Shown here piece after piece: positions 47,701-62,169 of a DNA stretch of 64,000 nucleotides. Position numbers and translations under genes: made by a program. Each line of letters starts with the position of its first letter. The first letter of the stretch is position 1. This DNA comes from Antedon mediterranea (Eukaryota > Animalia > Echinodermata): the NCBI RefSeq assembly GCF_964355755.1, contig NC_092675.1:6009812-6073811 (forward strand), in the 5' to 3' direction. Under the pieces are notes generated by a model that worked only from the letters and a program-made list of their open reading frames with translations, had not been told where the DNA came from and searched no databases.

Positions 47701-49578
47701 CATATATTCTAACCTTTTCCGAAAGACATACTCCAAATAACTTGCGTTCATGTGTGACTTATACTCAGCAATGTATTTAGTGTCATAGATCCCTCCTGGA
47801 AACATCTCGGATATATCTGCGATGAATGATGAGTAGCTACCTGGTAGAGGGCAGTATAAATTTTCGTATAAGAACACAAGATCAACAAGACCATTGTGGA
47901 ACACGACCGGTTTTTTGCAGGCAACCATTTCAGTAATAAGTTCTCTTATGTTGTGCTTTTGCATTTTTGTTTCCTAAAAGATAAAAACATTATCAATATT
48001 AAGAAATTTAATGAGACACATAAATATAATAATATAGATTTAAATGAACTTTTGTTAGAATAATAATGGGGTGAACCATGCATGGTTCACCCCAGCTCAA
48101 ACTTGTTTTATAATCTTTTAAACTTGGTTTAAAAGAGTCTAACCCTCACTCACTTATCAGTATATAATAGCAACTTTAAAATGTTCAAGGATGTAGCCAA
48201 TCAGACGCGCTGAAATGAATCACGTGTGCGCTCTTTATTTTTTCACTATCATGCACTGGAGTGGAAAAAGTGAGCAGCAAAAAAACATAACAGCACTCTG
48301 CGTGTAAATCGTATGGCAGATTACCGATTGTGTTCGACCCATGTTATAAAACAAATAATGCACAAGCCTCGGGTGTCGCGCATCGTGCATGTCGCACTTC
48401 CACGAACGCACTCTGACTTGTGCATTATTTGTATAATAACGTATGGAGTTACCTTGTCTACACCTCTTGAATAATACATTCCTTTAGAATACTGTTTATT
48501 AAAATCAAATCCGTGGTTGACAAGAAATTGAAGCGCATCTGGTTCTACTACATACTCCTCGTTGCAGAGGGTTGTCAGATTAAAGGTTTGTGCTTGAAAC
48601 TGTAAACCGAGTCCGTCGGAGACGATGCCAGTTATTTTAAAACAAGCAAGACCAACTGCAAGAATTGATCTTGACTTTGCGACCTCACTTATGAACTTGT
48701 ATCGATCCTCCATACATCTAATGAATGAACAAGTGGTGCAGTGAATACGACAGGGAGTTATACCATATACTGTACATACTGTACCTAGTTATTGACTTTT
48801 TTTGAGCAGTTTGAAATTGTCAAAAATAATCCTTTGACCTTGTCCTTTTTGCAATTTCAAATTGATTTTATACTCATTCAAACCATGGATGAAGTACAGT
48901 AGGCCTAAGGTCTATGCATATGTTATGCGCAATTTTAAATGCGCAATTTCATAATTACATTTGGACAAATTAACACATGAAACGTAGTATAGGCCTAGTA
49001 GTAGTATTTTTAATTGCGCAAATCGTTCAAATGGCGCATAACTATACAGCATTGATTTTGATTGATTCTTAAGTAATTTTTAATAAATTAAACCATGGAG
49101 TAATTAAACTTAATTAATAATTAAATATGTAAAAAACTAAAATATAAATAATCATAATCTTGACTACTTATCACAAACTAAGGCCTACTTACTTTTTGTT
49201 GTTTTATCCTGGCCTAGCTAAACTAAGTACGAACAAAGCCTAAGCTACCTATCACAAGTAGTGCCTCTACAGGCGGCCTAGCCTAGTAGTATAGTAGTAG
49301 AGTAGACTAGAGATAGTGTTTAGTGTAGGGTAGGGGTAGACCTGCTCGAGAGGCTAGGCCTAGCCTAGGCCTAGCTAGGCTAGGCCCTATAGGCCTACCT
49401 AAAAATCATAAAAGTAAACCTACCGCGTTACCAGATTTCGCCGGTTTCCAAGACCACTCAGTTCTAGATCAATGCCTATGAAATCTGATGAACGTACAGC
49501 TAGTAAAAGTGACGGCCAAATGATAGAAATATTCTCACAATGCACATCAACTACCGGTACTTTCTCGAAAGTAGCCAT
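44789..49578 (-). CDS. TOE1: Target of EGR1 protein 1 (CAF1-family DEDD exonuclease for snRNA 3' trimming), 5 exons, ~508 aa
   Basis: Exons 49424-49578, 48453-48717, 47714-47973, 46379-46553, 44789-45460 are in frame (1527 nt). Motifs VPVVDV..WPSLLLA..FIGIDLELSGLG, FLVNHGFDFNKQY, VFHNGLVDL, YDTKY, CCCH finger C-x8-C-x5-C-x3-H, basic NLS KRKRKRNRKRKR, HRAGFDAFMT. Confidence 0.96.
45556..45856. mobile_element. Kolobok-like MITE (TTAA TSD)
   Basis: TTAA|AGATGTAT..CCCCCAAAAA ... TTTTTGGGGG..ATACATCT|TTAA. Related fragments at about 43780-43950 (inverted) and 4990-5060. Confidence 0.7.
46646..47276. mobile_element. PIF/Harbinger-like MITE
   Basis: TAA|TACCCCTTTTACACCGCC ... GGCGGTGTAAAAGGGGTA|TAA. 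Related TIR fragments at about 14428-14560. Confidence 0.85.
47300..47570. repeat. Degenerate ~90-bp tandem repeat x3
   Basis: TATTAAAGGGACACTT...TAGTATGTTT..AACACTACAGCC is repeated three times. Confidence 0.8.
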
Positions 49579-50039
49579 CGTAATTTTGGCTGGTGTTGTG
49601 TGATGATGTGCATCATGTCAACGAATTAAAAACGTAAACAAAACTTTTATAAAGAGCGCCATCTATAGTCTATGAAACTTTTTTTTTATCGAGTAGACTC
49701 TATACTGTAGTAGCCTTGCTTTATAAACGTCCTCTCACTTACACTACACGTACAGTTCTGGTTTCTTGAGACCCCATTTCATCATTTCATTACTTTGTTG
49801 AATAATTGTACAGAATATAATTTGTTTGTGATTTGATGAATAAATGTATTTGTATTGTAATTAATAGCCTTGCTCCGAATGTGAGTTAGTGTTAATGTTA
49901 TTTTAATATATTAGCGCGTTCGACAAACATATTATCGTCTCTCAAGCGCTGTGGATTTAGCAGATGTTACGCTTTTCCTTATGTTCCCAACATTATTCAA
50001 TAGCATTTACTTGTATTATTTTAGATCGCCGTACCGCAA

Positions 50040-50950
50040 TTTATGGGTCGCGACCCAATGATTGGGTCGTGAAAAAAAATTGTTTCCGATACTGAAACAT
50101 TTTATCAATTATACACTGATCATGTGAAATGTTCTCAGTTAAGTAAAATCTACAACACTGATCACATTTTACATCTACAGTTTTTTCCCTATGTTGACGT
50201 TCGGCGAGTCCGTAGCGTAACACACAATTGGGAATCGACGACGGGGCAATGGACGCTTTTGGCGCGCGCATAGTTCGTTGTTAATATACAAGTGGGGTGT
50301 CATTATTATGTATGCATCATGACTATGCATTAATATGACGGTAGAAATCGCAAAAATAGCTTACCAGCTATTTACTAAATTAAATAAATTTAACTGTCTC
50401 AATATCTTTTAAAGTAAAATAAAAACAATATTTCATTTTTAAAAGTTCGCAGAGTTTCAAACCCAAGCTAGCGCTTAGAGAATTCGAACATAGCATTAAC
50501 CGTAACGTCACAAAGTACATGACTGAGCAGCTGATCGACAATAGTCTATTTTATACGTACTTCATATTACGTAATTCATCGTTACACGTCATAAATATAT
50601 TCATGACCGTCAAAGCTGGTGTTTATATCCAAGATGTCCTGTTAGCTCAGGTGAGAAGCGTCGTGTTATTTAACAACACGGATGTCATGGGTTCGAACCC
50701 CATGTTGGTCGTGGTGGTAAAAAGTTAAAGCTTATGCTACTGTGTTTGGGGTTCACAGAATAATACGTCCCCCGTTCCACCACACAGGCAAGTCAATGCA
50801 TCTGGTGATGCCGTGGAAACGACACAATGTCTCTGCCACAGCTTTGAGGTCGTTTCCACGACATTACCAGATGTAGGGAGAGGACTAATAATGGTTCACT
50901 TAACTTTTGGTTCAGTCATTGTTTTTTTTCTTTGGATTTGATCTCGTAAA
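50040..50950 (+). mobile_element. ~0.9-kb interspersed repeat with a tRNA-like (SINE head) segment; second direct copy at ~62170-63345
   Basis: Long shared blocks (ATTGTTTCCGATACTGAAAC, ATATGACGGTAGAAATCGCAAA, CAAGTCAATGCATCTGGTGATGCCGTGGAAACGA). tRNA-like GTTAGCTCAGG...GGGTTCGAACCC at about 50636-50710. Confidence 0.85.
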
Positions 50951-52829
50951 TTTGATGCTTAGGAGCGCCCTCAATTTTAAGAACACAAAATATACATGTC
51001 AGCAAATTAGGAACAAATGTAGAACATTTATAATATGCGCAGTACGAGGTTGATGGTATCATTTCCCGAAACTTATTCCTGGAATTACACAAAATAATTA
51101 GGCCTGTTAAAATGTATTTGCAGTAGGAATTACGTCATAAACCATAACAGTATTTACACGTATACTAATAAATTGTGTGAATAATGTTTTGTATGTAGGC
51201 CTCCTTACAATGGAGGGTGAACAATTTGAATTAATTCCCTCCTTAAAAGAAATGGCATATGTTGATTTGAGGGAAGAAGATTAAAACATCATCATGAACT
51301 ATGACATTTATCAAATGCTAATAGAGATAACCAGCAATTATTATTATTACACTCATAACGCAATAATCAATATTTATCTTCATTTATTATGCTCAGTATT
51401 CATAAGAAGGTAATAAAAAATGGTTTAACGATATAGAATAAGGCAATTATTGATTTAATTCAGTTTTTTCTATTAACTGTGCATATTAATACAGTCATAA
51501 ATATTTTATAACGATGCACAAAGTAGCAAAATACACCACATTAATTTATTCATTATATAAAGCTCTGTCTACACTATCAAACTAGTTGGACAAAAAAGGT
51601 GTAATGTGCTCAAATATGGTAGTTATATGCTTAAATATGGTAGTGACATCATAATGTCCATATAGGCACATTATTTTTTTTTTGTCACATAAAGCTTGAT
51701 AGTGTAGACATAGCATCAAACTCGTCAGTCAACTTGACAACAAATTGACTAGAGAGTAAGAAAAAAATAAGCTTGTTAATGAAAATGTGTTACAGATAAT
51801 ATGTATAAAAAGAGGAAGCTATGTAATCAATGTGATAATATGTAAACAAATGAATAAAACTCTTTAAATATGTATATGTAAACAGATGATTAAACAAACA
51901 TTGTAAATATAATGATATGTATAGTGTATAGTGAAAAATATATGTAAAGAGAACAGTTGTATGGAAATAAAAGTGGGATGAACCCACATAAGATAAAAAA
52001 AAAACAAATTGACTAGAGCGTGTACATGAAGTCTTTCAGATTATCAATATAACCATGGACGTACCTATAGGTCCATGGTATACGGTAACCGTTGTTGAAC
52101 ACATACTAGCTTGCTAAACTGAGACAATGGACCTATGCATTAATTCTAATTTATAGGTCTATGCGGAGACCAAGTGTGAACATCATGTAAAAAATACATC
52201 TTGAAAAAGCATTTAAATGTATAAAATAGATGACTTAAAATGCCTACCGTACAAAAATAAATCATTATCTTTATCGCTATCATACAAACTGCCTGTGCAG
52301 AAGGAATGTGTTTTATATAAGCCAACAAGCATATTGCATATCAATGGTAATAAATATAATAAATAGTAATTTAATAAATATTAATTTAATAAAATGACCT
52401 AACCTCTCACCCACCCTTTCAAACGGACCATGAGTATTTGTTTAATTTAATAATTTATCTATTTATCACTCATGTGTGAATTTAAGGGCGTGACCATTCA
52501 AAATCTCTTTAGTGAACACACCCGGCTATTTAAATGAGGGCCCATATTAATACTGAAGGTGTAAGCATAAAGTAGGCCTATATTATGTAATAATATACTG
52601 CATCATTATAAAAGTCTTATGCAATATGTGTGCAGTTTCAGCCTTTCGCATCTACCCTGTTGTTTTCCAAGTTTCGATACGCACTACTGTATGACCAAAA
52701 ACGCGGCTAGATCATTCATCTACAAGCTTGAACACAACGTTGATTGAGCGGCGTCTGACCCAAAGGACGCACGCGTCTTTCGTGACGGCGGCGTACATAT
52801 GTGTACCTCGTATGTGTTGAATTGAAGCA

Positions 52830-53170
52830 CAAACGTTTCTCCTGTTGAACGGACGGACTCGGATTCTTCGTTTTAAAAACGGACGCACAGAGGCGACGCG
52901 CCGCTTCTGACGCACGGCGTTAACGGACGCATGGCGTTGGAGGAACGCATACAGGCGTTCCTCGTGTTTAACAAATGCACGGATTAGTCCTGAGAGACGT
53001 ACAGAGCAGACGTTCATTGTGTCCATTTAAACGGACGTATTATACGTTCCTTGTGTTTAACGGACGTATGATACGTTCCTCGTGTTCAACGGGGGACGCA
53101 TGCGACGTTCCTCGTGTTTAACGCGGGCGCACAGCAGACGTTCTCTCGTGTGTTTAACGACGGATGGACT
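52830..53170. repeat. Degenerate CpG-rich tandem repeat (GTTTAACGGACGYA..CGTTCCTCGT)
   Basis: About 8 imperfect units downstream of the PKDCC-like stop codon. Confidence 0.7.
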
Positions 53171-53288
53171 GCAGCATGTAACCTATCGCATATGACGAGT
53201 ATAGGTGTACATTCCTCGTACAGAACAAACGGGGATGAGGCGTGTGCAGACGTTACCTGGGTTTTCCTCATTACCATTATAATGAAAT

Positions 53289-56200
53289 TTAACTCTTATA
53301 TTTTAATAATATTTGCTGAAGCGACTGTTTGATCTCAAGAGCCGTTGAGTTCGGATGTTTTATTCCGTGACGTAATGCTCTCCTTGTTTCATCTGCTATA
53401 GAAGCTGATGTGCCACTTTGCAAAATTAAACTAAATATTTTACTATTAAAAAAATGTAAGTTGAATTTAGCATTGATTCCTTTGCATATACCATTAACGC
53501 ATTGGATACCTGTAAGATAGAAACAGATAAACATTGTACTATGTTTATAACGGTTTAGTTTATTATTCATGATTACATTACAATGGTACGTAATAATAAA
53601 CTACGGTGTTGACAAGATTACCGTTGTTCAGTGATAATACTATACGGGTAGATCGTGCATTATGCATTTTGTAAAACCCAATGGTTGTTATAAAAGTTAT
53701 ATATATGGCCCAATCCCGTCATGACAGACGATAACCAAGGCCCAAAATATTATTTAACTAAGCTAGTACTTCTCTGCTACGGATGAGTTCTGTTGGTTTC
53801 ATAATATTTGTTAAAATAGTTTTATACAGTAATTTGATGCTTTGGCAGATTGGTGACCAGTTACCAATTTAGAACGCCAGGAGGTTCGGTTTGAGGCGAG
53901 AGTTTCCCAAGAACCAACGGGATAAACCGTAGGGTTTGTATGCCTTTGTAGTAAGAATACGGCTTGCGGAAGACACCAGACACCTTTGATTAAATAATAG
54001 GTTAAATTTATATTTTTCTCTCACGTTCGTTCATTGTTGGTAGCTTACCGTAATCTATTTTATCTATGTAACACTCCTTCTCTGTTTTGCATTTCTGCTC
54101 CTCGTTCGTGACGTCATCCATATCCCCTAGTTTTACCCTATTGTTAACAACAAGGAACTGAGTGTGCTTCATGTCTGTCATCATAAGTGAGCCAAGGGGA
54201 GAATGTGCAAAATAGTCGAGCAAATCCAGCAACTCGATTGTTGTCTAAAAAAAATCGTGCAAAAAAAACATACGCTTAAGTATACATAAATATAATTTAA
54301 ACGTGAATTGCTTTCTTTCAAAATGACATATTGTTAGGTTGCATTATACATTTATTCACAATTATATTTAACAGTATACCAAAAGAAGCGAGTGCTTGTC
54401 AATTTGGTAACCATAAATGCATCTAAAATGTACGGTACTATTCCAGACGACATTCAACAAAAATGATATACAAAAAAAAACGTGGGTCGCCCACGACCGG
54501 TCAGCACCTTCGGTGAGGCACTCCCTTGTAGGAAAAGAGGGAAGTTGCCCTCTACTTTAACGTGACGCACATAAGCGCGACCAACAAAAGTGACCAACAC
54601 AAGAGGACATAAGACAGGATGAACTCTGTTTGTCCTCCTGAGGCACTATACCGATGATGAGCTGTTATAGCATCATGTTAAGTTGTTATACATAGCATCA
54701 TCTTTAAGATACCATGCCTAGGCCTATACAATCCAAACTTTTGTTCTGATAGGTAAAAATGCGTTCCAACCATTTAGTAGTATTACGTAGACCCCACGTA
54801 AATCCAGTTCATCATTCCAGACTATTAAGGGCGGGTTATCCCGTCGAATTGGTTCACAAAAGAGCCCTTCATGAGGATTTACCACCTATCTGATAGGACA
54901 GTGATTCATTTAATATTGCTAATCCATGCTTAATGACATAACATTTAAAAAATAAAATATAATTATATAAAATAATATTTTGTTTGAAGGTTTTCATGGT
55001 GAAATAAAATGTTTATATAAAGTTTGCGGTGAACCACGTATATTTAGTTCTGAAAAGAACTGTTGATTAACAGACAGACAAACAGAAAAATATTAAAACC
55101 GAGGTAATTTACACGATAACACAACAAACTAGGATAGGCCTTTCGTTTTTATTGACGATATTACTATTAACTGCATAGAATTTGTCACTACGACATCTTG
55201 TAAGCCCAGGGCTAATAATTATATTCACGTCTAAATTTTAATATCATTAATCGATATTGTGTATTCCTTTTTGAAAGGACACAACAGGCAGGACATAATA
55301 ATGGCTGATATCTATTTTGTAAGAGAAATACGAGATATTAATTAGATGATATTTAGTGAGGTTTTAGTGCATAATATATATCAATAATCGTTTGTTTGTA
55401 CAGAGATGGATAGGAGTCGTGTGTTGGTTACAATACGGTTGTTATGGGTATAGCAAAATTAATCATGGACTCCGCTGTTATTGGATGAGCGTCTTATCCA
55501 TCCACAATACTGAGTCGTGTAAGAATCGGCCCATGGACACGCCTGCCGATTGTCCAAAGGACGAAATGCAGTTTTAAAAGTACAGTCAAAAGGGTCTATA
55601 AATAAATATGAAAATCAAACAAAATAGCTGAAATTATATAGATGCGCAAATTGTCTGTAAATTTATAGACCACGATCTAATTCGTTATCTACAAAATGAC
55701 ACATCTTCAATTCAATCATAATTTGTTTAAAATGCATCATTTTCCAATTCAAAAATATTCATTACCGTCATCCTCCGCTCCCATGACGTTCGTTTATACT
55801 TGCCGGGATTGAACTGTGACCCTAGTTCTGCAACTGATATCACCCCATGGTCATCTACATGGCCAGATGTCTTCTCATTTCGGACACAATATCCAATGCG
55901 CTGAAAATAAGTTAAGGATATTATACATAGCAAAATAAAGGACCGTGTCCAAATTAACTCATTTTACTAATTCTTAATCCGTTTTTTAATAATTTTATTT
56001 AGTTACTGCAGTAAGTGGAAATGTAATATAAGCCTAAATTAATATTGAGTTACTGTAGTAAGTGGAGTTTGTTGACATGATCTCTAAAACTTAGCCCATG
56101 CATTTATTCGTCTTGCAGTGATTTAGCACCCTATTCTTAATTTAGAAACTCGATGGCGCCATTCAAAGGGCGTCGTTTCAGAGCCTTTATTCAAATACAA

Positions 56201-56778
56201 TGTAGGCCTACGCTAGTTAAATAAACCAAATAAAAACCGCAATGTTATCTTACCTTTAAAATGTTAGGGTGGTGTAGCTGTTGCATGAATAACATTTCTT
56301 TAAGAAGTTTGTAATTTGCTAAAAGATAACAGTCTTGTTCTTTCCAATACTTTTTCCGTTGGAGACATTTTCTGACGTCCTGCACTTTTGAGGTTACCAT
56401 CTTAACGGCTACTTCTTCATCGTCATATACACCAAGAAATACCTCTTTGGTGACACCGTGACCCAAAGATTTAAGTATCTTAATATTAGAAATGTTGCTA
56501 CAGGAGAACGTCGTCTCCTCGTCGTGTTGCGGTGCAGTGCAGTTTTCAATCTTGATTGGGGATAAACTTTTTCTTACGATAGTACTGTCTGAAGTAGAAT
56601 TTGTGCCATTGTTAATAGTAGAATTTGTCCGTGTGTCTCTTGCGACATTTCTCTTCACCTGCAGGTACGGATCGTCGTAATACACATCCGCTGTTAATTG
56701 TACCATACTATAATATATGTACAAAGTGGCAATTCCACAGAATGTCAGAAAGCCTCGGTATTTCAGCCGAAAATGCAT
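53289..56778 (-). CDS. PKDCC: Secretory-pathway tyrosine kinase PKDCC/VLK-like, 4 coding exons, ~358 aa
   Basis: Exons 56254-56778, 55766-55900, 54049-54244, 53289-53509 are in frame (1077 nt). N-terminal signal anchor, LGHGVTKEVF, VAVK, CYLLANYKLLKEM..LHHPNI, GYC, ELG, SWERR, AHSPLGSL..TDMKHTQF, GDMDD. May be one of several paralogs. Confidence 0.88.
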
Positions 56779-57149
56779 TATCCATCAAAAAACCTATTCT
56801 TGTACAACAAGCCTCTGTAATCTGAAGAAACAATTTCAATGGAGAATTATTAACTATCAGGGAGGGAAGAGTAAAATTTACCTCCAATAGAGTATTTACC
56901 TGTACTACTAGGGAAGAGTTCTCACGTAAAATTCAAGTTGGAATTTAGCCGTGTTTTATTTCATCTTAAATTATTCAGTGTGTATCATCTGGTATTAGAA
57001 ATGTACAACCAATCGTCATCACTTGTTTGTCAGCTCTGATACCCGTGGCCAAAAAAGTGTGGGGTGGGGGGTCACAGCCTCCCGTCATCACCCCGACGAC
57101 GTAGTCATTGTTATTATTGAGGTCTCACCTTTCATGATTTGCTTTCTTA

Positions 57150-60100
57150 AGCTTGGTTCCCACTAGAACGTAACTCAAGGACGTAAACGCAACGCAAACG
57201 TTTTAACCAATGACAAGCGAAGTTATAGACAGTTAGCAATCACAAGCGAATAAGCCATCGCTTGTGATTGGTCAATTCACTTGCGTTGCGTTACGTCATT
57301 GTGTTGCGTCGCTAGTGGGAACCACGCTTTAGGTTGAATGACGTGTGCGTCACACCGAATAATATAGGTGTGTAGGTTTCATGAAATTAATACTACCCAA
57401 ATTCAGTTTCTTACCTGTATAATCCCATATTAAACATTCAAAATCAGTAAAAACAAATTAAAATGTATCAGCTTAGGTGAATGAAACGTATAATAAAAAA
57501 ACCGCCCGGATAAGGGCCTTGGTAAAAGAAGCATTTAACTTATTTTGTTTAGGCTAACGTTTAAAAACTATAAAGCCTTAAGCTTGGTTCCCACTAGAAC
57601 GTAACGCAAGGACGTAAACGCAACGCAAGCGTTTTAACCAATGACAAGTTATAGACAGTTAGCAATCACAAGCGAATAAAGCCATCGCTTGTAATTGGTC
57701 AATTCACTTGCGTTGCGTTACGTCCTTGCGTTGCGTCGCTAGTGGGAACCACGCTTTTAGTTGTAACAATCAGACGCCTACGTAAACCGTACAAAGCACA
57801 CAGTAGTCGCCCGGTGGTGTGAAGGGTTCACAAATAGTCTCCGAAGAGGATTCATTCAATCTTAATTGTGATGAAGACTTTGATACAAAAAAAGCTTACT
57901 TTTAATACACCCGCCTGTTGACTTGAGTTGTAAGTTGATGGGAGTTGTCAGTAATTTATGACCGACTTAGCTCTGATGAACAGTGATTTAACTAAACCGG
58001 TATTCATTTTTTCAATGCCACCTAAATAAAGAAAACTTCTATATCCGCTTTTGCGTGAAATTTATTCGGTTTTGTTGGTCCACTATAAAATTCAAAACAT
58101 TTCGTTCAAAACATTTCATTCAAAACATTTTATTCAAAACATTTCATTCAAACACTTCATTCAAAACATTCAATTCAAAGCATTCAATTCAAAACATTTC
58201 ATTCAAAACATTCAATTCAAAGCATTCAATTCAAAACATTTCATTCATATATCGCGCCATTCAATTAATATCGATGCATTTCATTCACATATCGCGTCAT
58301 AAAATTCATATCATCGAAATGTTGCGTAAACGGCGTTCCATAGTTGACATTGTGAAGACGTTATACCTACGGTACGGGTGAAAATGGGAATCGTGGTGAT
58401 TTGACGAATATATACTTGCTGGATTCGTCTCTGGTGCTGGAAGAGATTAATTCCAGAATGAACTCTTCCCCATGGTGGAATTAGGATGAATCAATCGATA
58501 CTAGCCCTTCACCGATTTGAGATGGGCAGCGATATTTCTTTTCGTACATAAGTTGGGGACCCCTCGTGAAACGTCGCAAAATAAACATGAATAATCATAA
58601 TAGTCATATCCATAAGGTGTGACGTAAGCATTGAGCTAACTATTCAGCCAAAGTGTCTATTGTGGGGCGGGGCTATGACGCAATCAGTCATCTTCTCTCT
58701 GGATCCGCCCCCTAATCATCATTAGGATTAAGATGGTGGAAACGATTTATTGATTAATTTATTAAACTTTGTTGTACAGGGTAGCTCTGCAGTAAAGTAG
58801 ACTCGAAGAGGCCCTCTTAAAGCAATACAAAAATATACGGACGACATTCAAACATAAAGATACAAAAGAGGATGCCTCAGGTGACAATATTCACATCATA
58901 CAGGGAGATATCTCTCTGCAAAATAATAGCGATGTGTTCAATGTTATTCTAATCTATATAATAAAGAACTAAAAACCATTATACTAGTTATATAAAAAAT
59001 CCTTAACTAGACTCACCTTCAAATAGGCCTACCGGTAATTCATATAGGCCATCTTCATTTAATGTAATAGACATACCAGATAATTACGACTGAGCGGTAT
59101 TATAATATCGAACCAAATCCAAATTCAATCTGACGAGCTCTCTCAGCGGATTGTTATTTGTGGCATTCCTTTTTTATTCAAATTATAAACTGAATTAAGC
59201 TTAATTAAAGATTGCTGAATCTTGTTTGTGATTGGTCGACTAATCACGTGGCGATTTAACAATTAATGTGCTGTTTATTCAGATTATTCCTAACAATAAA
59301 CGTATCATAAATTATTAATATTCGGTGGAAAACATGATGCGTGAGGCCTATGCGGCATATAAATTCATTTTGGATAAATAATTCTGTTTTTTTTGTTTTG
59401 CTATTTCATGCCATAAATGGTCGATATACCTAATAATACACCCATAATACCGTACCCGTTAAGTCCGGCGACGATTTTTTCGGAGGTACGCGATGTTTTT
59501 TTCCCGTCATCAAGAATTTTGTCATTTTATAAAATTAAATTGTACATAATCCTGGCTTTGTTTGTATCAAACCTGTTAGTGGCGGTAATTATCGCTGTTG
59601 GTTTCGATTGAATAAAATGAAAAAAAAAATAATCTCTCCTTATCTCCGAAATAAATAACCCGTTAAGGAGGGTGTGGTTGTACTGTATAGCCTATTATTC
59701 GATGGTATGATCGTTTATAATGACGTTATGGATGATCATTGTATGGCGGGTTTAGCAGTCATAAGCGTGGTTCCCACTAGAACGCAACGCAACGTGACGC
59801 AGAGACGTATCAACGCAAAGTGCTGTATTGCGTAATAACAAGTGGGAACCAACGATGCAACAGTGCTGGAAATGTTGCAGGTTTGATTTCACGCAGGCGG
59901 GGGCAAACACAATTATTGGAAGGGAATTTTCTTACGTTGAGTAGGTTGCGTTACGTTGCGTTGCTAGTGGGAACCAAGCTTTATTAAAGTGATGAATGCT
60001 AATTTAAGCACCACGTCGCTGCGTTACGTTGCGTTGCGTTCTAGTGGGAACCACGCTTGAAGGACTTTTCTATAGTTATATTCACTTAAATGAACAGTTG

Positions 60101-60285
60101 ATACATTCTAAAGCGTGGTTCCCACTAGCGACGCAACACAATTGAATCATGGAGGTATATGAATTGACTAATCACAAGCGATGGCTTATTCGCTTGTGAT
60201 TGCTGTCTATAACTTTGCTTGTCATTGGTTAAAACGCTTGCCTTGCGTTTAAGTTCTTGCGTTACGTTCTAGTGGGAACCAAGCT
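57150..60285. mobile_element. Cluster of MITE family B copies (TIR AGCKTGGTTCCCACTAG; PIF/Harbinger-like)
   Basis: Copies at 57150-57328 (TTA TSD), 57581-57755, 59764-60057 (variant with an extra internal TIR) and 60112-60285 (inverted). Confidence 0.9.
58085..58300. repeat. Low-complexity tandem repeat (CATTTCATTCAAAA)
   Basis: Directly visible; explains ORFs 58051-58381. Confidence 0.9.
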
Positions 60286-62169
60286 TTAGTGTTCGCTGTA
60301 TTTTACTATTATTTTAAAGTTTGCAATGAACGGTCGGATGTTTTGATAGGTAGGGGTCCAGGACCGCGACAGAACGAGAACGGATGGGGACCCTCCCAAG
60401 AAATTGCACTTTATTTGTCAGGAATTTGTATGATTTGTTTTCTATTTTTTAAATGCGCCTTGAGCACTCTTGAATGGTATGTGCGCTATAAAAATCTTAT
60501 TATTAGTATTTTTTAACTTTTGTGGTAGCCACTACATTTATTCATCATTCAATCTTTCATAAATGTATTACAATTGTTGTATATACTCTCATTTCATATT
60601 CATTTCATAATCTATATTACATTTCAGTTTCTGAGTAGTTTCACATTTTTTTTCTATTAATACATGTTATTATTATTATTATTATGATATAGTGGCGTTA
60701 GGCGACGGGAAGAGGTGCAGCTTAGATCGGCCACCCGATCATTTATAGTTATGTTTGCAAGGTAGAAATAATAAATAATTTATTATTTCTTCCTTGCAAT
60801 AAATAATTCATGTTTCATCTCCTCGTCTAAATACATTCCTACATTTGAAAACAAAATGACACACCTACATGGTCCAGTAAACACATCTCAGTTACGTCAT
60901 CACAACTAACATGTTGAGATGCCAAATAAATTGAAATTTAAACATTTTAGGCCCACTTTAATTCAAACTGAAAAATGTTTTGGTAAAAAGGCAAACATTA
61001 AATATTGTGAACAAATCATATTATCATATTATTTCCAATTCGTCAAAATTGTTCATACGTACATTTCTACTAAGTAACTTATCTTTATAATAAGCTCTAT
61101 CGATACGTCAGTACTATACCATACTGTTTTAATTTAAGCCATGGTTTCTTTCAGTAAATTTTACAATCAAAACGATCATTGTGCAACTGGATAATATAGG
61201 CCTATTAGGCCTCAATTGTTCTTCTAATACATAGAACAATGAAGACTAACCGACTGACCTAGAAGTCGATCTAGAAAAAGAATAAGGATACTTACACTGT
61301 GTATGCTCCTCGTCTGAACACAACGTAAGGCACTCAGACCTACCGTCACAATATCCACAACCAACAGGCCTGACGATAATTAAGCAATGATAGAATTTAG
61401 GTGATCGCTAAACTGGAAATCACCATCATTTATATCCTTTCACTTACTAAAATAAAGAATTGAACAGTCGGCAATAATAATATCATGTCTAAACTGTCTT
61501 CATGATGAATAATATAACACTGTTCCATTTAGAATTAATTAGGCTTAGTCTTCAAACTCACAACTGATAGGCCTAAACCACAAAGTGCAAACATAATTAT
61601 TATGCAATTACTAATTATTACGCGGGTTTTTTATAGTTACAGATCCGGGTACAGGTCACGCATAGATGTTTATATATACACGGATACTATAGTGTATAAT
61701 AATACAGTGTTCGATTACCATTATACGTCATAATGTTGTGTTTTACAACTTTACAACCTCAATCATAATGGTAATCAATACAGTAATCCAATACTAATGT
61801 TTTCATTACAACTGAACTTTATAGGACGACGCGCGCGGGGATGGATCCATAAAGTTTGCATAGAGTCCGAGTAGAGGATATGGTTGTCGAGAAGTAGTGC
61901 AGTATAAAGATGAATTTGGCTATACGTAAAAATAAGGTGTTTTTTTTAATACACCTTACTTTTAGGACGGGGATGGATCCATACATTTTGCATAGAGTTC
62001 GACATGGTTGTCGAGGATAACAGGTATAAAAATAAATTAGACCACATAAAAAAAGTTATCGTCCTTATTTAAAAAAAAAAAAGTCGGAGAGAGGGGACGT
62101 TTTTACACCTTTGTTGAGTGGAAGGATAAAATAAGGTTAGGCCGTTCCGCAACATGGGCTGCTACCCAA

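Noticed and set aside
50636-50710. Functional tRNA gene (also ~63034-63095)
   Set aside because: Acceptor stem and arms are disrupted, the two copies differ by indels, and both are embedded in an interspersed repeat.
59125-59160. CTGACGA-GCT-ctctc-AGC as a second hammerhead
   Set aside because: It is followed by GGAT rather than GAAA, and no stems I or III are evident.
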